Shown here: positions 23,659 to 41,590 of the stretch, in pieces | Numbering within the stretch: the stretch's first letter is position 1 | Layout: every line of letters begins with the position of its first letter | Sequence record: NC_025447.1 | DNA from: Escherichia phage 121Q | Direction: 5' to 3' (one strand) | DNA: 64,000 nt | Notes under the pieces: model-generated | The model's database searches: none | Told to the model about the DNA's origin: nothing | The model's input: the letters and a program-made list of their open reading frames with translations, nothing else | Translations under genes and position numbers: made by a program

Positions 23659-25977
23659 ATGATTAACGTAACCAAGCGTAATGGAATGAAAGAGCCGTTA
23701 TCATTGGATAAGATCCATCAAATTTTATTTTTCGCTGCTGAAGGGTTAAGTGGTATTTCCGTTTCTGAAATTGAAATCCGTGCACAGCTTCAGTTTTATG
23801 AAGGTATAGAAACCAGTACTATTCATGATATTCTAATAAAAGCAGCAGCAGAACTTATTTCTGAAGATACGCCGAACTATCAATACGTTGCTGGAAGATT
23901 ATTAAACTATAGTATTCGTAAGCAAGTATATGGACAGTATGACCCAATTAAGTATACTGCTCATCTTCAAGAAATGGTAGATACTAAAATATATGATCCT
24001 GAAATTTTGGAGAAATATACTCTTCAAGAAATAGAAGAGCTTGGGCGTTATATCAAACATAAGCGTGACGACAAATTTACTTATGTTGCTATGCGTCAGT
24101 GGGAAGGAAAGTATCTTTATAAAAACCGAGTCACTAAGAAAATTTATGAAACCCCACAAATGGCATATATGACTATTGCAGCAATCATCTTTATGGAGTA
24201 TGATCGTTCTGTACGTATGTCATATGTTAAAAAGTTTTATGACGCAGTAAGTAATTTTGACATCAGTCTTCCAACACCTATTATGGCAGGTCTACGTACT
24301 AACACACGTCAGTTTAGTTCTTGTGTAGTACTGAACGTTGGTGATAGTTTAGATAGTATTGGTTCATCAAATCACGCCATTCTACGCTATATCTCACGTA
24401 AAGCTGGACTAGGTATTAATATGGGCCGTATTCGTGCTCTAGACTCTGAGATTCGTTCAGGTGATGCAGTACATACTGGGTTGATTCCTTTTATCGCAGC
24501 AACTGCTAAGACCGTTAAAAGCTGCTCACAGGGTGGTGTGCGTGGTGGTGCAGCAACTGTTCACTTCCCATTGTGGCATTTGGAGTTTGATAACCTAGTA
24601 GTACTTAAAAATAACAAAGGTACAGAGTTTAACCGTGTACGTCAACTAGACTATTGTTTCCAAGTAAACAAAACTTTATATCAACGTTTGGTTGATGGAA
24701 AGAACATTACATTCTTTAGTCCTAATGAAGTTCCTGGGCTATATGAAGCATTCTGTTCTGACCAAAAAGAATTTGAAAAACTATATAAAAAATACGAAGC
24801 TGACCAAAGCATCCGTAAAAAATCCGTACCTGCTGTTGAAGTATTCAGCACTCTAATGACTGAACGTGCAGAAACTGGTCGTATCTATATTCAAAATATT
24901 GACCATGCAAACACTCACTCAACATTTATTGAATCAATTGCTCCTATCGAACAATCCAACTTGTGTCAAGAAATCGCACTACCATCTGTGCCATTTGATG
25001 ATATTAATACTGGTGAAGGTTTGATTAGCCTATGTACGTTGAGTGCAATTAACTGGGGTAACTTTGATAAACCAGAAGATATGGAAACTGCATGTGATCT
25101 TTCTGTTCGTGCTCTTGATTCACTATTGGACTATCAAGACTACCCAGTAGTTCATGCGGACCGAGCAACAAAAATGTATCGTCCACTAGGTGTTGGTATT
25201 ATTAACTTTGCATACTTCCTTGCTAAACGTGGTTTACGTTATAATGAAGCAGCACTGGAAACAGTTAACGAGTGGGCTGAAGCATGGTCGTACTATCTAA
25301 TTAAATCTTCTGTACAGCTTGCTAAAGAGAAAGGTAAGTGTGAAGGATTTGATAATCTAAAATATGCCAAAGGTATTCTTCCAATTGATACTTATAAATC
25401 TGACATTGATGAATTAGTAACTAAAGAACTAAAACAAGATTGGGAATCCTTACGTGAAGATATCAAAGAATATGGTATTCGTAACGCAACAACAATGGCA
25501 TTAATGCCAGCAGAAACAAGTGCACAAATCAGTAACAGTACTAATGGTATTGAAAAGCCACGTTCTCTTGTAACTAAGAAACTATCTAAGGATGGTATTC
25601 TTAAACAAGTAGTTCCAGAAATCAATAAGTTGAAAAACAAATATGATTTACTATGGGATCAGAAAGATAACATTGGTTATCTACAAATCTGTGGTGTTCT
25701 ACAAAAATACATTGACCAAAGTATCAGTGTTAATACTAGCTATAACCCAATACACTTCCCTGATGGTAAGTTGCCAATGTCAACTCTTCTAACTGAACTT
25801 ATGTATGCATATAAGGTTGGTTTGAAAAATCTTTATTATCATAATACCAATGATGGTTCTGATGAAGTTGACGTTGAAAAAGTACTGAAAGAAGCTGCCA
25901 AACCAGAATCTGGACAATTTGTATTACCATCACTTCCTGATTTAGATGAAGGTGATTGTGATAGTTGTAAAATCTAA
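23659..25977 (+). CDS. nrdA: ribonucleotide reductase large subunit (class Ia NrdA)
   Basis: N-terminal ATP-cone, active-site blocks including SNLCQEIALP and C-terminal CxxC tail. Confidence 0.9.
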   Translation: MINVTKRNGMKEPLSLDKIHQILFFAAEGLSGISVSEIEIRAQLQFYEGIETSTIHDILIKAAAELISEDTPNYQYVAGRLLNYSIRKQVYGQYDPIKYTAHLQEMVDTKIYDPEILEKYTLQEIEELGRYIKHKRDDKFTYVAMRQWEGKYLYKNRVTKKIYETPQMAYMTIAAIIFMEYDRSVRMSYVKKFYDAVSNFDISLPTPIMAGLRTNTRQFSSCVVLNVGDSLDSIGSSNHAILRYISRKAGLGINMGRIRALDSEIRSGDAVHTGLIPFIAATAKTVKSCSQGGVRGGAATVHFPLWHLEFDNLVVLKNNKGTEFNRVRQLDYCFQVNKTLYQRLVDGKNITFFSPNEVPGLYEAFCSDQKEFEKLYKKYEADQSIRKKSVPAVEVFSTLMTERAETGRIYIQNIDHANTHSTFIESIAPIEQSNLCQEIALPSVPFDDINTGEGLISLCTLSAINWGNFDKPEDMETACDLSVRALDSLLDYQDYPVVHADRATKMYRPLGVGIINFAYFLAKRGLRYNEAALETVNEWAEAWSYYLIKSSVQLAKEKGKCEGFDNLKYAKGILPIDTYKSDIDELVTKELKQDWESLREDIKEYGIRNATTMALMPAETSAQISNSTNGIEKPRSLVTKKLSKDGILKQVVPEINKLKNKYDLLWDQKDNIGYLQICGVLQKYIDQSISVNTSYNPIHFPDGKLPMSTLLTELMYAYKVGLKNLYYHNTNDGSDEVDVEKVLKEAAKPESGQFVLPSLPDLDEGDCDSCKI

Positions 25978-25983
25978 TTTAAG

Positions 25984-26010
25984 ATCCCGCTTCGGCGGGA
26001 TTATTATTTC
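25984..26010 (+). terminator. intrinsic terminator after nrdA
   Basis: ATCCCGC TTCG GCGGGAT tetraloop hairpin then U-rich tract. Confidence 0.75.
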
Positions 26011-26031
26011 AAAATATATAAAGGAATATAT

Positions 26032-27156
26032 ATGTCAGTTTTCAAAATTAACGAGAAGTCTCACCTAGAAAAAAATATGTTTTTTGATGAAAGTGTTGAT
26101 ATCCAACGCTTTGAAAGTAACAAATACTCTACACTTGAAAAACTAACAGAGCAACAGAAAAGTTTCTTCTGGACTCCTGGTGAAGTTGACGTATCTAAAG
26201 ATAAAATTGATTTTGCCAACCTTAATGATTCCGAGAAGCACATTTTTACCTCTAACTTGAAACGTCAAATTCTTCTTGATTCCGTACAAGGTCGTGGTCC
26301 TAACTTAATGCTACTTCCCTATGCATCTCTCCCAGAACTAGAGAACTTCATTGAGACATGGGCATTCTTCGAAGGTGCGATTCATAGTAAATCATACACT
26401 CATATTATTCGTAACATTTATCCTAATCCTTCTGAAGTATTTGATACTATGTTGGACATTCCAGAAATCACTGATTGTGCTGCTGATGTTTCCAAATACT
26501 ATGATGATCTTGATGTACTAGGTACTCTATACCGTGCATTAGGTGTTGGTACACATACAATCAATGGTGAAACAGTCGAAATTAGTTTATACGAACTAAA
26601 GAAAAAACTTTGGTTGTGCCTGAATAGTATTAACATTCTTGAAGGTGTTCGTTTTTATGCAAGCTTTGCGTGTTCTTGGGCGTTTGCTGAAAACAATCTA
26701 ATGGAAGGTAATGCTAAGATTATCCGTCTAATCTGTCGTGATGAAAACCTACACCTAGCAGCAACCCAAATGATTCTACGTCTTCTCAAAAAAGAAGATC
26801 CAGATATGGTAAAAATAGCAGAAGAGTGTTATGATGAAGTACTGGAAATGTTTATGTCTGCTATCCGTCAAGAAGAAGCTTGGGCAGACTTCCTCTTTAA
26901 AGATGGTTCAATCATTGGACTGAATGCAGAAATTCTAAAACAATATGTTCGTTGGATTGGTTCTAAGCGTATGACTGCACTAGGAATTAAATGTCCATAT
27001 ACCGTATCTAAGAGTAACCCCCTACCTTGGACTGAGCATTGGGTTAGTGGTGGTTCAGTACAAGTTGCACCACAAGAAACTGAAATAAGTTCTTACATCA
27101 TTGGTGGTATTGTGAATGATATCCAAGTAGATACATTCTCACCATTCAAACTATAA
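26032..27156 (+). CDS. nrdB: ribonucleotide reductase small subunit (NrdB)
   Basis: Position directly after nrdA, size and di-iron ligand pattern of R2 proteins. Confidence 0.85.
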   Translation: MSVFKINEKSHLEKNMFFDESVDIQRFESNKYSTLEKLTEQQKSFFWTPGEVDVSKDKIDFANLNDSEKHIFTSNLKRQILLDSVQGRGPNLMLLPYASLPELENFIETWAFFEGAIHSKSYTHIIRNIYPNPSEVFDTMLDIPEITDCAADVSKYYDDLDVLGTLYRALGVGTHTINGETVEISLYELKKKLWLCLNSINILEGVRFYASFACSWAFAENNLMEGNAKIIRLICRDENLHLAATQMILRLLKKEDPDMVKIAEECYDEVLEMFMSAIRQEEAWADFLFKDGSIIGLNAEILKQYVRWIGSKRMTALGIKCPYTVSKSNPLPWTEHWVSGGSVQVAPQETEISSYIIGGIVNDIQVDTFSPFKL

Positions 27157-27168
27157 ATTCAAACTATC

Positions 27169-27191
27169 AGGGATTCTATGAATCCCTTTTC
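27169..27191 (+). terminator. intrinsic terminator after nrdB
   Basis: AGGGATTC / GAATCCCT stem plus TTTT. Confidence 0.8.
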
Positions 27192-27206
27192 TTATGGGTA
27201 TAATGT

Positions 27207-30247
<3,041 letters not shown>

Positions 30248-30332
30248 TGTTAATCTCCAATCTTATTGTTATTTTTATAAAGTATTTACCCAATTTTACG
30301 TTTTACATAGTTTATATGGAGAAAGAAGTAAT

Positions 30333-31635
<1,303 letters not shown>

Positions 31636-31662
31636 CTTGAAATGTAAAAATCAGTCGAGGGA

Positions 31663-33006
31663 ATGATGAGTAAAATTAAGCTTACGGATAAGCAACAAGA
31701 AATCTTTGATGATTTTATAGATCGTGTTTACAACTATGCAGGTAAGACAATTTCGGTTTTATCTGCTCCAGCAGGAACTGGAAAAACATTCACTACTGCT
31801 GAGATTGTAAAAGCACTATGTAAAAACTATAATATTGCAGTAACTTCACCTACACATAAAGCCAATGCTGTTATTCGTAATATGCTAATCAATAATGCTG
31901 GTCTTACTAAGGAAGATGCACAAGTTAGTACAATACACTCTTTTTTAGGACTAAAATTAGTATATGAAAAGAATCGTCAAGTACTGAAGCATGATCCACA
32001 AAGTAAAGTTAGTAATACTAACGTTGACATTCTTATTGTTGATGAGTGTAGTATGATTTCAGATGAACTATTCCAGCACATACAAGACCAATTGTGGCGT
32101 GTCCGTCGAGCAGTTTTATTCATTGGTGATCGTTGTCAATTGCCTCCAGTTGAGTCTGAAGGAACAATGGGCGAGACTAAATTGTCTCCTACGTTTGATG
32201 TACCTGTTCAATATGAGTTAACTGAGGTTTTACGACAAGCATTAGATAATCCGATTCTGGCAGTTGCAACTGCTATTCGTGAGTGTATTGGAACTAGTAA
32301 AAATCCATTTGATATTATGCACCAAACATATGGTTTAAGCACTATTACACCTATTGATGATGAAGATTTGTTTTTGAATGTTTATCGTGAATTCATTATG
32401 GAAAACAAGGGGTCATCTAAAAAAATATTTGATTTCGTAAATGAAAATAAAATCTTAGCATATACTAACTATAGAGTTAATTTGGCTAATATCTACATTA
32501 GAAGTCAACTATTTGAAGTACCAGATGAATTTACTAAAGGTGAGCCAATTGTTTTTGAAAGCATAACTGAGAATAGTCCATATGTAGTACAACAAATTAT
32601 ACAATGTCCTGAAGTAAAACGTGAAAGTTTCATGGGAATAGATTGTTGGCAATTCCGTTTACCTAATGGTAGTTATATTTTAGGTGTAGGGCCAGAAACA
32701 AGAATTGCAATGGACGAAAAACTTGATAAACTTGTTAAGGATATTGAGAAAAAAGAAATAAATCCATTGACAAAGAAACCATATATGTGGCAGGATTACT
32801 ATGTAATTAAGAACAAATTACATATCATCAATTATCCTTATGCAACCACTGTTCATAAATCACAAGGAAGTACTTTTGATAACATTTGGTTTGATACTGA
32901 TTTTATTGAACGTATTGGTACAAATGATACTAAGTGTAGAATTTTATACACTGCCATGACACGCCCACGCTATAGTGTTATGTTGAGGCAAAATGCACGA
33001 TTCTAA
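31663..33006 (+). CDS. dda: Dda-like SF1 DNA helicase
   Basis: Walker A APAGTGKT, DECSM, TVHKSQGST blocks match T4 Dda. Confidence 0.85.
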   Translation: MMSKIKLTDKQQEIFDDFIDRVYNYAGKTISVLSAPAGTGKTFTTAEIVKALCKNYNIAVTSPTHKANAVIRNMLINNAGLTKEDAQVSTIHSFLGLKLVYEKNRQVLKHDPQSKVSNTNVDILIVDECSMISDELFQHIQDQLWRVRRAVLFIGDRCQLPPVESEGTMGETKLSPTFDVPVQYELTEVLRQALDNPILAVATAIRECIGTSKNPFDIMHQTYGLSTITPIDDEDLFLNVYREFIMENKGSSKKIFDFVNENKILAYTNYRVNLANIYIRSQLFEVPDEFTKGEPIVFESITENSPYVVQQIIQCPEVKRESFMGIDCWQFRLPNGSYILGVGPETRIAMDEKLDKLVKDIEKKEINPLTKKPYMWQDYYVIKNKLHIINYPYATTVHKSQGSTFDNIWFDTDFIERIGTNDTKCRILYTAMTRPRYSVMLRQNARF

Positions 33007-33089
33007 AAGACTAAATGTTATACGTAAATATTTTTGATTTTTAATAATAAATAATCAAAAGTGTTTTGTATTATGGAGAAGAATATACA

Positions 33090-33656
33090 ATGAACAATTT
33101 ACTACAAGTATTTAAAATTGAAGTTGCAGGGACGAACCTAGATAATATCCCATATTATATGTATGGTGATTATGATTCATCTTCCCCAACAACCGCACCG
33201 ACTGACCAGCAAACTATTGATAAGTCAATTGCACTTTTGCGTTACCTACAACTTTCTCGTTTGCTTTCAACTTATTCAGTACCAGTTTATAGCAATGTTG
33301 AATTTGCTACACCTGGAACTGCAAAAACTATCCCAACTGGTGCAACAATTACAGTTGGTTATATTAGTTATCAACCGTTTATTAACACACTAAGTGTTGC
33401 TGACCAAGCTGCACTAACTACTGAAGATATGAAAACTGCAAAAGCTGCTGAAATAATTCAAAAACTAATCAATGATTCATTGAAAGGTGACGGTACTAAT
33501 GCTATCGTAAATGAAGAAATAACTGTACAAAAAACCATTCAGAGAATCAAGAACGCACTTACTACAAGTACTGTTGATTTTATTGAATATGAGAACGTGT
33601 ATCTTAATGTTCCTTCAGTTACTGATGCATCAGTAGTATCTTACGTTAAATTATAA
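33090..33656 (+). CDS. hypothetical protein
   Basis: ATG 33090 with GGAG RBS (ORF track begins at TTG 33066). Confidence 0.45.
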   Translation: MNNLLQVFKIEVAGTNLDNIPYYMYGDYDSSSPTTAPTDQQTIDKSIALLRYLQLSRLLSTYSVPVYSNVEFATPGTAKTIPTGATITVGYISYQPFINTLSVADQAALTTEDMKTAKAAEIIQKLINDSLKGDGTNAIVNEEITVQKTIQRIKNALTTSTVDFIEYENVYLNVPSVTDASVVSYVKL

Positions 33657-33679
33657 TTTTATAACATGGAGTTCTTGAC

Positions 33680-33874
33680 ATGACTGACAAAACATTTTAT
33701 GATCGTATTATTGAAGACAAGGGAGTTTTTGATAAGGTAGTTTATGACCTAGAACTTATGATCAAAGACGCACCAAACCCACGTGTGCGAACCCAAGCAG
33801 AATTTGCAAAAACTTATCTTGTTCAAGTTCAAGCAATCTGTGAAGCAATTAAAAAACACAATGATAGTGCTTGA
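33680..33874 (+). CDS. hypothetical small protein
   Basis: GGAG RBS; 64 aa. Confidence 0.4.
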   Translation: MTDKTFYDRIIEDKGVFDKVVYDLELMIKDAPNPRVRTQAEFAKTYLVQVQAICEAIKKHNDSA

Positions 33875-33899
33875 CAGAACTAATGTTCTATCCTATAAT
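33871..33899 (+). promoter_or_regulatory. sigma70-type promoter (TTGACA-17-TATAAT) for the IF3-like/ClpS-like pair
   Basis: Perfect consensus hexamers with 17-bp spacer. Confidence 0.7.
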
Positions 33900-33943
33900 T
33901 ACTATCGAACAAAACATTAAAATCATATTGGAGCTTTTATTAC

Positions 33944-35006
<1,063 letters not shown>

Positions 35007-35017
35007 AATATAGACTT

Positions 35018-37183
<2,166 letters not shown>

Positions 37184-37184
<1 letters not shown>

Positions 37185-37975
37185 TGCCAAGTAAAAGTAA
37201 AAGTCAAGCCAAATTCTTTGCCGCAGCAGCACATAATCCAGAATTTGCAAAAAAAGCTGGAATTTCCCAAAGTGCAGCGAAAGAGTGGAATGCCGCTGAT
37301 GAAAAGGAAGGTAATCTTAAAAAAAGTTCTAAACTTCCTAATAAAGTAAAAGAAGCAAGTATGCGTAGTTTAGTTGATATTGTTCAAGATGCAGAATTAG
37401 CTGATACTGAAGACCGAACTTGTGATATAATGGATTCTTGTGAAGACGATAAAGATAAATTGAATGAAATGCCACAACGTTTCGATAGTTTTCAAGGTCA
37501 AAATAGAGATGAGTTTGTTGATAAAACTGCTGAAATGACTGGTAAACACAATATGGTTAAGTTCGCTGAACACAAAGATTATGATGTGTATATGAATAAA
37601 AATGGTACTGGTTTTATTGCTTACGATAAGGCTGGTAAACAGCTTGCTATCGTCAGTGGGCATTTATCTAATGATGCAGTACTTGGAGTTCAAAACGTCT
37701 TCGAGATTGCTGCTACTGCCTCTAAAACAGGCACTAAAGGTATAATTTATAATATCTTTATGGATATGGTATCACATGGTATTAAAGTGCTTAGTGATAG
37801 TCTTCATACTGATGATGCAATTAAATTCTGGACCCGTTTAATTGGTTCACACCAAGTTTATATTGTTGGTGGTGGTGAAGTTCTTGCTAAGGCGAGTCCA
37901 GATAAAGTTCATAAGTACTGGAGTGATGATGAATCAAGTCCGAGTGCTGAACTTCAACTTATGTTAGTAAAATAA
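37184..37975 (+). CDS. hypothetical protein
   Basis: Start overlaps upstream stop (TAATG); terminator follows. Confidence 0.5.
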
Positions 37976-37979
37976 TAAT

Positions 37980-38012
37980 ATATCGGGACAAATCGTTCCG
38001 ATATTTTTTTTT
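37980..38012 (+). terminator. intrinsic terminator
   Basis: ATATCGGGAC / GTTCCGATAT stem followed by T9. Confidence 0.8.
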
Positions 38013-38040
38013 GAGACAAACAAAACATTGGTGATACAAT
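38011..38040 (+). promoter_or_regulatory. sigma70-type promoter (TTGAGA-18-TACAAT, TG-extended)
   Basis: Directly after the terminator, upstream of the topo II large subunit gene. Confidence 0.6.
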
Positions 38041-38074
38041 GTTTTATGACAAAGAGACATGATAAGGAATTCAA

Positions 38075-40039
38075 ATGGCTAAGAAAGAAAGTGCTGTTCT
38101 ACAGGAACATGATGTTCAACGACTTAATGATTATCAACATGCTCGTTTGCGTACAGAGATGTACCTTGGTTCTCGTTCAGTACATGAAAGTCAAGTACTG
38201 ATTTTTGGCGAATCAGGATATGAGGTTAAGAACGTAGAATGGGTTCCTGCAATTCTTACTGCTACACGTGAAATTATTGATAACAGCTTAGATGAATTTA
38301 AAAAAGCTGGAACTAAAGAACCTGTATTGAAAGTTGATTTCAATGAAGAAGAACTATCATTTGAGATTAGTGATAATGGTCGTGGTATTCCAATTGATTA
38401 TGTACCAGAGTATCAAAAAAACCTATGTACTATGGTAATGACCGAAACAAAAACTGGTCGAAACTTTGATGATTCAAAACGTGATGAAACTATTGGTCAG
38501 AATGGATTGGGTGGTTCAGTTGCGATGATTGTTAGTTCTAAGGCAGAATTGGAAATTCATCGCCAAGGTCGTCCATATAAAACACAAAGCAGTAATGATG
38601 GTTATGATGGGTTTTATAAGTTCAATCAGAAGTTTGAGGAAGGAACTATTATGTTCCCTGAACTTCATGTACATGAGCCTACCATTCGAAAGGTACAAAC
38701 AGATAAGACTGGAACAACAATTCGTTTTACATTGAGTAAAGAAGTTTTTCCAAATAGAAAATTACCTACTGAATTACTTTACAGTATTCTTAAAGAAATG
38801 GCAGCCGCCAACCTAACTTATAAAATATTTTTGAATGGTAAACGTATTGTTATTAAAGGTAACACCGAGAAAGCATTGTTCAATGCATCTAAATTGATGC
38901 AGTTGAATGTTAAAGATGATTCTTTCAATTTTAACAGTACTTTTTATATTGTTCCAAATGCAGTATCTGGAATGAATACAAACTTCCATATGCATGGATT
39001 GGTTAATAATGCTCCTGCATTTGATGGTGGTACACATCTTGACACCTTCAAGAAATTCTTTTCATTGGGTGTAGGAACTGCATTGGAGAAAGAATCGAAG
39101 AAACGTAGGATGAAACCTAATCGTTCTGATATTGAAGAAGGTTTGTTGATTTACAATGTCACAACTATGAAAGCACCTTCATTCAACTCACAGATTAAAT
39201 CTAAACTAACTAATGAAAACGTAATTCGACCAATTCAACAAGCAATGAATACAGAATGGTTTGATGAATTAGTTAAGAAAAACAAAGAATGGGTTGATGA
39301 AATATTTGAACGTTGTGCTGCACGTACCAATAAGAAAGATGCAGAAGAAGACCGTCGCCTCGCTAAGAAACTACTGAAAGGTAAAGTTGCAAAGCTACTT
39401 GATAGTACTGGTACAGACCGTTCACAGTGTATTTTATTGATTGCAGAAGGTGACTCTGCAATTTCCAACATGGCTAGTGCTCGTATACCAAGTATTCATG
39501 GTATTCTACCATTGCGTGGGAAAATTATGAACGTCAGTGGTACTGAGAAAACCAAAGAATTAATGGATTCAATGGCGTTGCATGATATAATGGCTAGTAT
39601 CAACTTAGTTCCAGGTGTTAAAGCAGAACGTTCTGAACTAAACTATGGTAAGCTTTACATCTGTGCTGATGAAGATGAAGATGGGAAGAACATTGGTGCT
39701 CTAGTGTGTAACTTCTTATTTAAATTCTGGCCTGAATTGTTTCAAGACCCAGAAAATCCATTTGTGTATGTATTCAAAACACCATTTATCATTCTTGAGA
39801 AAGGTAAAGAATCAAAATACTACTATGGTCATAATGTGCATGAATATAACCCAGATGATTGGAAAGGCTGGAAAGCAACCCGTGCTAAAGGATTGGGTAC
39901 GTTAGAAAAAGCAAACTTCCGTGATGCATTCACTAACAGTGTTGCAGTAGCGATCACCGATGATGGACGTCTTGGTGAAACTCTTGATTTGATTTTCAAC
40001 AAGAAACGTGCAGATGATCGTAAGAACTGGATGGAATAA
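38075..40039 (+). CDS. 39: DNA topoisomerase II large subunit (gp39-like, GyrB-type ATPase)
   Basis: GHKL block EIIDNSLDE, GLGG motif, TOPRIM segment; own promoter and terminator. Confidence 0.85.
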   Translation: MAKKESAVLQEHDVQRLNDYQHARLRTEMYLGSRSVHESQVLIFGESGYEVKNVEWVPAILTATREIIDNSLDEFKKAGTKEPVLKVDFNEEELSFEISDNGRGIPIDYVPEYQKNLCTMVMTETKTGRNFDDSKRDETIGQNGLGGSVAMIVSSKAELEIHRQGRPYKTQSSNDGYDGFYKFNQKFEEGTIMFPELHVHEPTIRKVQTDKTGTTIRFTLSKEVFPNRKLPTELLYSILKEMAAANLTYKIFLNGKRIVIKGNTEKALFNASKLMQLNVKDDSFNFNSTFYIVPNAVSGMNTNFHMHGLVNNAPAFDGGTHLDTFKKFFSLGVGTALEKESKKRRMKPNRSDIEEGLLIYNVTTMKAPSFNSQIKSKLTNENVIRPIQQAMNTEWFDELVKKNKEWVDEIFERCAARTNKKDAEEDRRLAKKLLKGKVAKLLDSTGTDRSQCILLIAEGDSAISNMASARIPSIHGILPLRGKIMNVSGTEKTKELMDSMALHDIMASINLVPGVKAERSELNYGKLYICADEDEDGKNIGALVCNFLFKFWPELFQDPENPFVYVFKTPFIILEKGKESKYYYGHNVHEYNPDDWKGWKATRAKGLGTLEKANFRDAFTNSVAVAITDDGRLGETLDLIFNKKRADDRKNWME

Positions 40040-40050
40040 TATAGACTAAT

Positions 40051-40074
40051 GGGGAACATGGTGTTCCCCTTTTA
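40051..40074 (+). terminator. intrinsic terminator after gp39-like gene
   Basis: GGGGAACA / TGTTCCCC stem plus TTTT. Confidence 0.8.
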
Positions 40075-40089
40075 CCAAGAGACAATGGA

Positions 40090-41502
40090 ATGGCTAAAAG
40101 TAAAAAAACAGAAAATCATAATATCGATAACCAAACACTAACTCTACTAGATTATAACAGTTCTGATTATGTGAATACAACATCACTAGAATATTCGATG
40201 TATACACTAGACCGTGCTATTCCTGGAATTGATGGTCTAAAGAGTTCACAACGTAAAGCAATCTTCACATTATCTAAAATTAGTGGGGAAATTAAAACAG
40301 TATCATGTGCTGGAAAAATGATTAGTGATGGAATCTATCTTCATGGGGACACGTCAGCATCTGGAACACTTCAGAATCTAGCATCTCCAGTAGCCAACAA
40401 CTATCCTCTTATTGGAAAACGTGGTGGTTTTGGTACACAAGTAAACAGCACCCCAGCATCTGCTCGTTACACTTATGTTAAAAAGAATAAGAGTACTGAA
40501 ATGCTCGTTTTACGTGATGCTGACATTATCCCAATGAAAGAGAACTATGACGGGACCACATTTGAACCTGTTCACTTTTTACCTATTATCCCACTGTCAT
40601 TATTTGGTAATGATAGTATGTCAGTAGGGTATAAGAGTACAATTCTACCACATAAAATTGAAGATATTATTGATAATTGTATTCGTGCTATTGATAAAAA
40701 ACCACTAAAAGAAATGACACCATATTATGTATCATGTGGGGCAAGTGATGTAGTAACAAAACTAGATGAAAATAAGTATGAGTTTTATGGTAAAGCTGAA
40801 GTAATCGATGCAAGTACGGTTAAGGTGACAGGTTTACCACCTAATTATAGTATTGAGAAATTCATCGAAAAACTCATTAAAATGAGTGATGATGGTGAGA
40901 TTCGTGACTATGACAATGACAGTACTGATGTAATTGATATCACCATTAAACTTCCTCGTGGTACATCAGCTAAATGGTCAGAAATGGATGTTATTGAGTA
41001 TTTTGGTATTAACAAAAAAATGACTCAACATTTAACGGTTCTTGGAGAAAATGGTAAAGTAAAAGTTTACGATACAACAATGGATTTGATTAAAGACTTC
41101 GTTGATTTTCGTTTCAAGTATTACATCAAGCGTTATGAAAAGAAACTTGATGATTGTGCGGCTGAGGTTCGATACAAAATTCTAATCAAGGAATGCTTTG
41201 ATAATGATATGATTGCTAAGGTGAAAGGGTTTGCAAACCGTGCAGAAATGGTGGAATTTGTTAAATCATTAAATGCAGAAATTGAAGCAACTGACGAGAA
41301 TATTCAAAGCATTGTAAACTTCCCATCATATCGCTGGACACAAGATAATTATCAATCAGTACTACAAGATATTCAATATAATCTTGATTTGATGGATAAG
41401 TATAATGAACTATTATCTAATCATGACCTAATTTGGGACATTTATAAATCTGAACTTAAAGAACTAAGAAAGATTGATTTTACTCCTAAATCAGACAATT
41501 GA
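40090..41502 (+). CDS. 52: DNA topoisomerase II medium subunit (gp52-like, GyrA-type)
   Basis: Position after gp39-like gene, size and GyrA-like N-terminal region. Confidence 0.7.
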   Translation: MAKSKKTENHNIDNQTLTLLDYNSSDYVNTTSLEYSMYTLDRAIPGIDGLKSSQRKAIFTLSKISGEIKTVSCAGKMISDGIYLHGDTSASGTLQNLASPVANNYPLIGKRGGFGTQVNSTPASARYTYVKKNKSTEMLVLRDADIIPMKENYDGTTFEPVHFLPIIPLSLFGNDSMSVGYKSTILPHKIEDIIDNCIRAIDKKPLKEMTPYYVSCGASDVVTKLDENKYEFYGKAEVIDASTVKVTGLPPNYSIEKFIEKLIKMSDDGEIRDYDNDSTDVIDITIKLPRGTSAKWSEMDVIEYFGINKKMTQHLTVLGENGKVKVYDTTMDLIKDFVDFRFKYYIKRYEKKLDDCAAEVRYKILIKECFDNDMIAKVKGFANRAEMVEFVKSLNAEIEATDENIQSIVNFPSYRWTQDNYQSVLQDIQYNLDLMDKYNELLSNHDLIWDIYKSELKELRKIDFTPKSDN

Positions 41503-41512
41503 TATATTTTAT

Positions 41513-41543
41513 GGAAGACCTTACTGGGTCTTCCTTGTCCTTT
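41513..41543 (+). terminator. intrinsic terminator after gp52-like gene
   Basis: GGAAGACC / GGTCTTCC stem, T-rich tail. Confidence 0.6.
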
Positions 41544-41544
41544 A

Positions 41545-41552
41545 TATAAATA
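41545..41552 (+). promoter_or_regulatory. T4-type late promoter motif (TATAAATA)
   Basis: Exact TATAAATA 39 nt upstream of ATG 41591. Confidence 0.5.
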
Positions 41553-41590
41553 ATCTATAGATAATGGCAGCTTGGCTATGGAGAATTATA

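Noticed and set aside
30266-30284. TTGTTA / TATAAAGTA as a promoter for the membrane protein gene at 30333
   Set aside because: Hexamer spacing does not fit a sigma70 promoter and the late-motif match is imperfect (G at position 7).
33031-33060. AT-rich inverted repeat (TTGATT / AATCAA) after dda as a terminator
   Set aside because: Stem is short and entirely A/T with no clear T-tract; too weak to call.
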